Under the pieces are notes generated by a model, which saw only the letters and a program-made list of their open reading frames with translations, did not search any database and was not told where the DNA came from. A stretch of 64,000 nt of DNA from Azolla caroliniana (Eukaryota > Plantae > Polypodiophyta). The position numbers and the translations under genes are program-made. Positions 62,888-64,000 of this stretch are shown one piece after another. Each line of letters begins with the position of its first letter. Position 1 is the stretch's first letter. The stretch lies in NCBI GenBank assembly GCA_043228905.1, contig JBHGNT010000020.1, forward strand, positions 14,756,001-14,820,000, given 5' to 3'.

Positions 62888-64000
62888 TGTGAGATTTTGT
62901 GCACGGAAGCAAGTGAGGACCTATTGGTTAATTTGCACATCAAACAACATAGAGAATGTGATAGACGATATGAATGAACCTTAGACACAGTTAGAGCTCA
63001 AACAAAAGCTTTCGTTATTCCTGTTCTCTCTCTCTGAGACTCAAAAGAATGATCAAGAGGTTTTGGTTACAACGTTAGGTTATTGCTTATATACTAACCC
63101 CTAACTATTTGGACGTATTCACACACAAGGATACAAAGTGGAAGGAGTCGGCCTTTTATGCCAACAAACTCCCCCGTAAAAGGACTACTCTTTCTTGTAT
63201 GCACAAGTGGTTGGGGTTATCTCCCCAGTAAACCTAGACTACAAAATTAATCTAATTTTAGATTACAAGTTAGTCGGCATAAAGCCGACTCAACAAAGAT
63301 GAAGTCAAGATCTAGTCTGATTAGGCTAGTCTCAAGGTTCGGCTGGTTCGAGTCGATTGAATCGATGTGTTCAAGTGTCCTTCGTTTGAATCGATCAGAC
63401 TATCAATGTTGGCTTGTGTTCGATTCTCGATTGCGGCCTTGTGTAGATTTTTTGCTTGTGTCCGATTCTCAATTTCAGCCTTGTGTCGATTTCTCGTTGC
63501 TTGCTTGTTTCTGCCCTTGTCCACCTTGCTGGATCCCTAATCTCTATCCAAGTTCATTCTTCTCTCGATCGTTTTCTTTCTAGTCAGTATCCTCGCTGAG
63601 TGTTATTTCTTAAGCCCCTTGTGTTTCCGAACGTGTCGATTTCTCTCTTTCAGTGAATCTGTTCGTGTCAGTTTTCGACTTCTCTTCTGCTCCTCATTCA
63701 GTTTTCTTGTTTCTCAGTCTCTTGTCATAGTCCCATCTTCGTCCTTAATGTTACAAAGCGTTGATCTGGTGGTGGCTTTGTAAGGCAATCAACGGTGTTC
63801 ACCTCGATGTCGAGCTTCCAAACTTCAAGCTTCTTTTCAGTTATCAGCTCCTGGATGTGATGATACCGCACCTCAATAGGATTGTTGCTGAGGATTGTTG
63901 CTGAGGATTGTTGCTGAGGTGTATTGCGCTCTGTGAGTCGCAATAGATGGTCAGCAGTTGTCAATCGATTCGGTTTGTAGCCGAAAAATCTGTAGTTAAT
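62888..64000 (-). mobile_element. Copia 3' end: 3' LTR 62888-63166, PPT, repeat-rich 3' UTR, RNase H C-terminus; runs off the window
   Basis: TG...CA LTR; PPT cgggggagtt; ORF 63725-63964 IEVRYHHIQE...NTVDCLTKP. Confidence 0.85.

Overview
Repeat-dense eukaryotic plant DNA, most likely a moss/bryophyte (inferred from spliceosomal introns, plant-type LTR families and an LRR-I receptor kinase). The left ~43 kb is a decayed tandem duplication of about 21 kb (junction ~23414) of a malectin-like LRR receptor kinase locus. Copy 1 (8444-14380, minus) has 9 in-phase exons up to kinase subdomain III; copy 2 (29155-34375) is a pseudogene. The locus is buried in nested Ty1/copia and Ty3/gypsy elements, several with recognisable LTRs, PBS, PPT and TSDs, including a compact gypsy with 150-bp LTRs and a tRNA-Ala-type PBS. 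The most notable feature is at ~50.9-59.9 kb: a decayed DNA-transposon-like unit. It has a Sola-like (DUF7869-type) transposase with a C-terminal Tudor/BAH-like barrel on the minus strand. Head-to-head on the plus strand is an intron-containing gene for a ParB/Srx-like domain fused to a beta-class N6-adenine/N4-cytosine DNA methyltransferase. Between them lies an array of about 20 copies of a 31-bp palindrome. All domain calls are from motif recognition by eye; no searches were run.
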